64,000 nucleotides of DNA from Psammoneis japonica (Eukaryota), in NCBI GenBank assembly GCA_008632985.1, contig QPGO01000054.1, forward strand, positions 62,001-126,000, read 5' to 3'. Position numbers and translations under genes: made by a program. Of this stretch, positions 61,705 through 64,000 are shown one piece after another. The notes beneath the pieces are model-generated. The model had not been told where the DNA came from and did no database searches. It saw nothing but the letters and a program-made list of their open reading frames with translations. The stretch's first letter is position 1. Each line of letters starts with the position of its first letter.

Positions 61705-62536
61705 GTTTTATTGATCGACAGTATCTATGAACTGTGGTGGACAACAACAAAGCAAACAAAAATGTGAGCTGCAATGCACGCAAAAGTACGGTAGGAGTCC
61801 GTCTGTCGCCTCATGATTTCCGCGGACCGCAGGTGCCGCCATGATGACTGGGTTTCGCCGTTCTGCAACGCTTCAAACATCTTACGACAACAAGAGTATC
61901 AACCAAACTCATACATATCATGCAATACAACAGACTGTAACGAGAGTAACGATTGTCGGAAACGAAAGACAGAAATTCAAGCGCCATGGCGGTACCTTCA
62001 CGACGTGTTCGCACTCACCGCTTGGAGAACTGTGCGAGTTTGGGCTGCAGAGCTGTTCTGCGTAGCATCTGGTACAAAATCAACGCATCTTGATTTGAGC
62101 TCAGAGCCTGGAAAAGTGGTAAGCGGTAAATGAGTGACGTCCAGACACCCCGTGGAAATCAGTACGAAGTCTACGTAGCTTTCCGAGAAGTGCCTCCGCA
62201 CCGCTCGACATCTCGCATTGTGCTTGAAATAACCAGACTGTCAAGGTGAGAACGATGGCCAAGAAACAAAAGAGCGCAACTGCGGTGCCAGGAATTTTGC
62301 GATACGATAGCATGATCATTCGAGTTATATGGTGGATTCAAGAGTGCAAAGAGTGGTTGCTGTCGACAACGTTGCACACCGGCGTCATGTTCATGGTCAC
62401 CGCTCCTCCTCCCACCGCAATCGTTGTCGTGATGATGCGCGTATCGCGCGGACTTGCTCCTTCTCACATTTTCAACACACAACACGAGCCTCACACATTT
62501 TTGTGTACTTTGACGTTCCTCTTGTTTTTGTTGCAG

Positions 62537-63192
62537 ATGGTGCGCATGTCAGTACTAGCGGATTGTCTCAAGACAATCTCAAACGCCGAAAAACGCGGAA
62601 GGAGGCAGGTTCTTATCCGTCCATCATCAAAGGTGGTGATCAAGTTCCTTCAATGCATGCAGCAGCATGGTGAGTACTTTATCTCTCAAACTTTTTCCCA
62701 ATTGATCACTTTGGGGATCATCTCTTTCTGTTTCGGCCAGCGCCTGCATATTGTTGTACGAGCTGCGATTACCCGATGCAAGTAAACTCCCCACAAACTG
62801 AAATGCGCGCATGTCGCTTTTCACACTCACGGGACCTTGCATGTTTCGTCAAGACTCCTGCCGTATGACATGCCACAATTAATTGTTATTTTTCTTACAC
62901 ACGCTCGTGTCTTTTTCGCAAATGGTCTGTAGGTTACATTGGGGAGTTTGAAATTGTGGACGATCACCGTGCCAACAAGATTGTGATTGAACTCACTGGG
63001 CGTCTCAACAAGTGTGGCGTCATTTCGCCCCGATTCGACGTGGCATACGACGAAATTGAGAAATGGATTGTCAATCTGTTGCCATCTCGTCAGTTTGGTC
63101 ACGTTATTTTGTCTACTACCTACGGTATCATGACTCATGAAGAAGCCAGGCGTAAGAAGACGGGTGGAAAAATCCTTGGCTTTTTCTATTAA
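62537..63192 (+). CDS. RPS15A: 40S ribosomal protein S15a (uS8); intron 62670-62932
   Basis: [38 protein letters not shown]...[38 protein letters not shown]...GGKILGFFY. Confidence 0.97.
62710..62880 (+). ncRNA. Candidate intronic box H/ACA snoRNA
   Basis: Two hairpins (tgggga/tcccca; gcatgtc/gacatgc with upper stem cggga/tcctg), ACA at 62875-62877 lying 14 nt from the upper stem. The hinge is not a perfect ANANNA. Confidence 0.5.
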
Positions 63193-63289
63193 AACAAAAC
63201 AAAGTAAAAACAACCAGTCTACACGATACAGAATGCTTGTGATAATTCGTTGTGCCTAATGGATGTAGCTGGGGCTGTGTTGTGCGCTG

Positions 63290-64000
63290 TGTCTTTCGCT
63301 TTGCTATTCGTGTCGCTCGCTTTGACATGCTGTATGAAACTGAAAGTGGCATCAAGAATCGGTGTGGCGTGAGACAAAAGGAGGGATTTTGCTCTCTTAA
63401 CTTTGAAAAGTGGCGCAGCAGCTTTGTAGAGTAGGTCACAGACACAATAAGGAAGTGAGAAGGCATCAGCATGCACGGTGCTGAATGTCTGGTTCTCGCA
63501 ATTGCTGTGTTTCTGTCAGATCTCGATGTGACCAGCTGCAACGTCATGTCTCTCTGACTTGATTGCTCAACCTTGAGCTTCACAGAATGCCAACGCACCC
63601 CTTCTTGAATCACACCACCAGCCTGGGAATCCTCTCTCTCCCAACTGTGCGCAAGTGGCTGTGGGGACACACCCTCAGCACAAAAGCACAATTTTTGAAG
63701 GTTGTGGCTCTGGCGACACTTTCCTGCAGTCACACCACTGATGGTGTGAGGCTGCTTCTGTTGGTTTTGTGTGCACCACAAATTTTGAAAAGCACTCCTC
63801 TGCAGCAGCAGCAGCACTGGCATCTCTTTATCCCAGATCCTTTCCCTTCTGCACTTCTGAGAAACTCTTTGTCTGATTGCAGCCAGATGGAGGAACTCAA
63901 CAGATTGAACTCAGAGGTGACCACTGGGCTTGGAATTTGAAATGAATCACAGCCAAGACACAGGCCCAATCATCAGAGAATGACACAATTGAGTGCTCTT
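63290..64000. other. Start of another TpA/CpG-depleted degenerate domain (runs off the window)
   Basis: After about 63460 TpA is almost absent and CpG rare; translations are Cys/His-rich and Tyr-poor. Confidence 0.8.

Noticed and set aside
61841..61940. Box C/D snoRNA starting at ATGATGA
   Set aside because: No CTGA box D or terminal stem found at a suitable distance.

Overview
Eukaryotic, gene-dense, diatom-like (stramenopile) chromosomal window. Evidence for this is short GT-AG introns, bipartite plastid-type presequences, and HA-domain, HSF and ankyrin-like families. It holds about 25 host genes, including an extended synaptotagmin, ARP6, HSF, ASH2L-like, a GNAT, ALKBH7, an ankyrin-methyltransferase, HPP, an LRR receptor-like protein, homocysteine methyltransferase, a Na/Ca exchanger, DECR2, SPX-GDPD, an ankyrin cluster, RPL35A and RPS15A. 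Many otherwise intact genes carry apparent small frameshifts, probably consensus errors. The main signal is three sharply bounded domains (about 7.1-8.95 kb, 21.9-37.6 kb and 63.3-64 kb) in which TpA is almost absent, and in the cores CpG as well, both apparently converted to TpG/CpA. The window contains internal controls for this. A dead copy of the GNAT 5' end has 5/5 alignable TpA and most CpG changed. A full-length Ty1/copia element with a 5-bp TSD has LTRs that differ largely by CA/TG swaps, and its conserved Tyr residues have become Cys or His. This looks like a repeat-targeted hypermutation process acting on TpA, the opposite direction to fungal RIP, with a TpA-only halo around a CpG+TpA core. 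No candidate enzyme is encoded in the window. All counts are manual and approximate.
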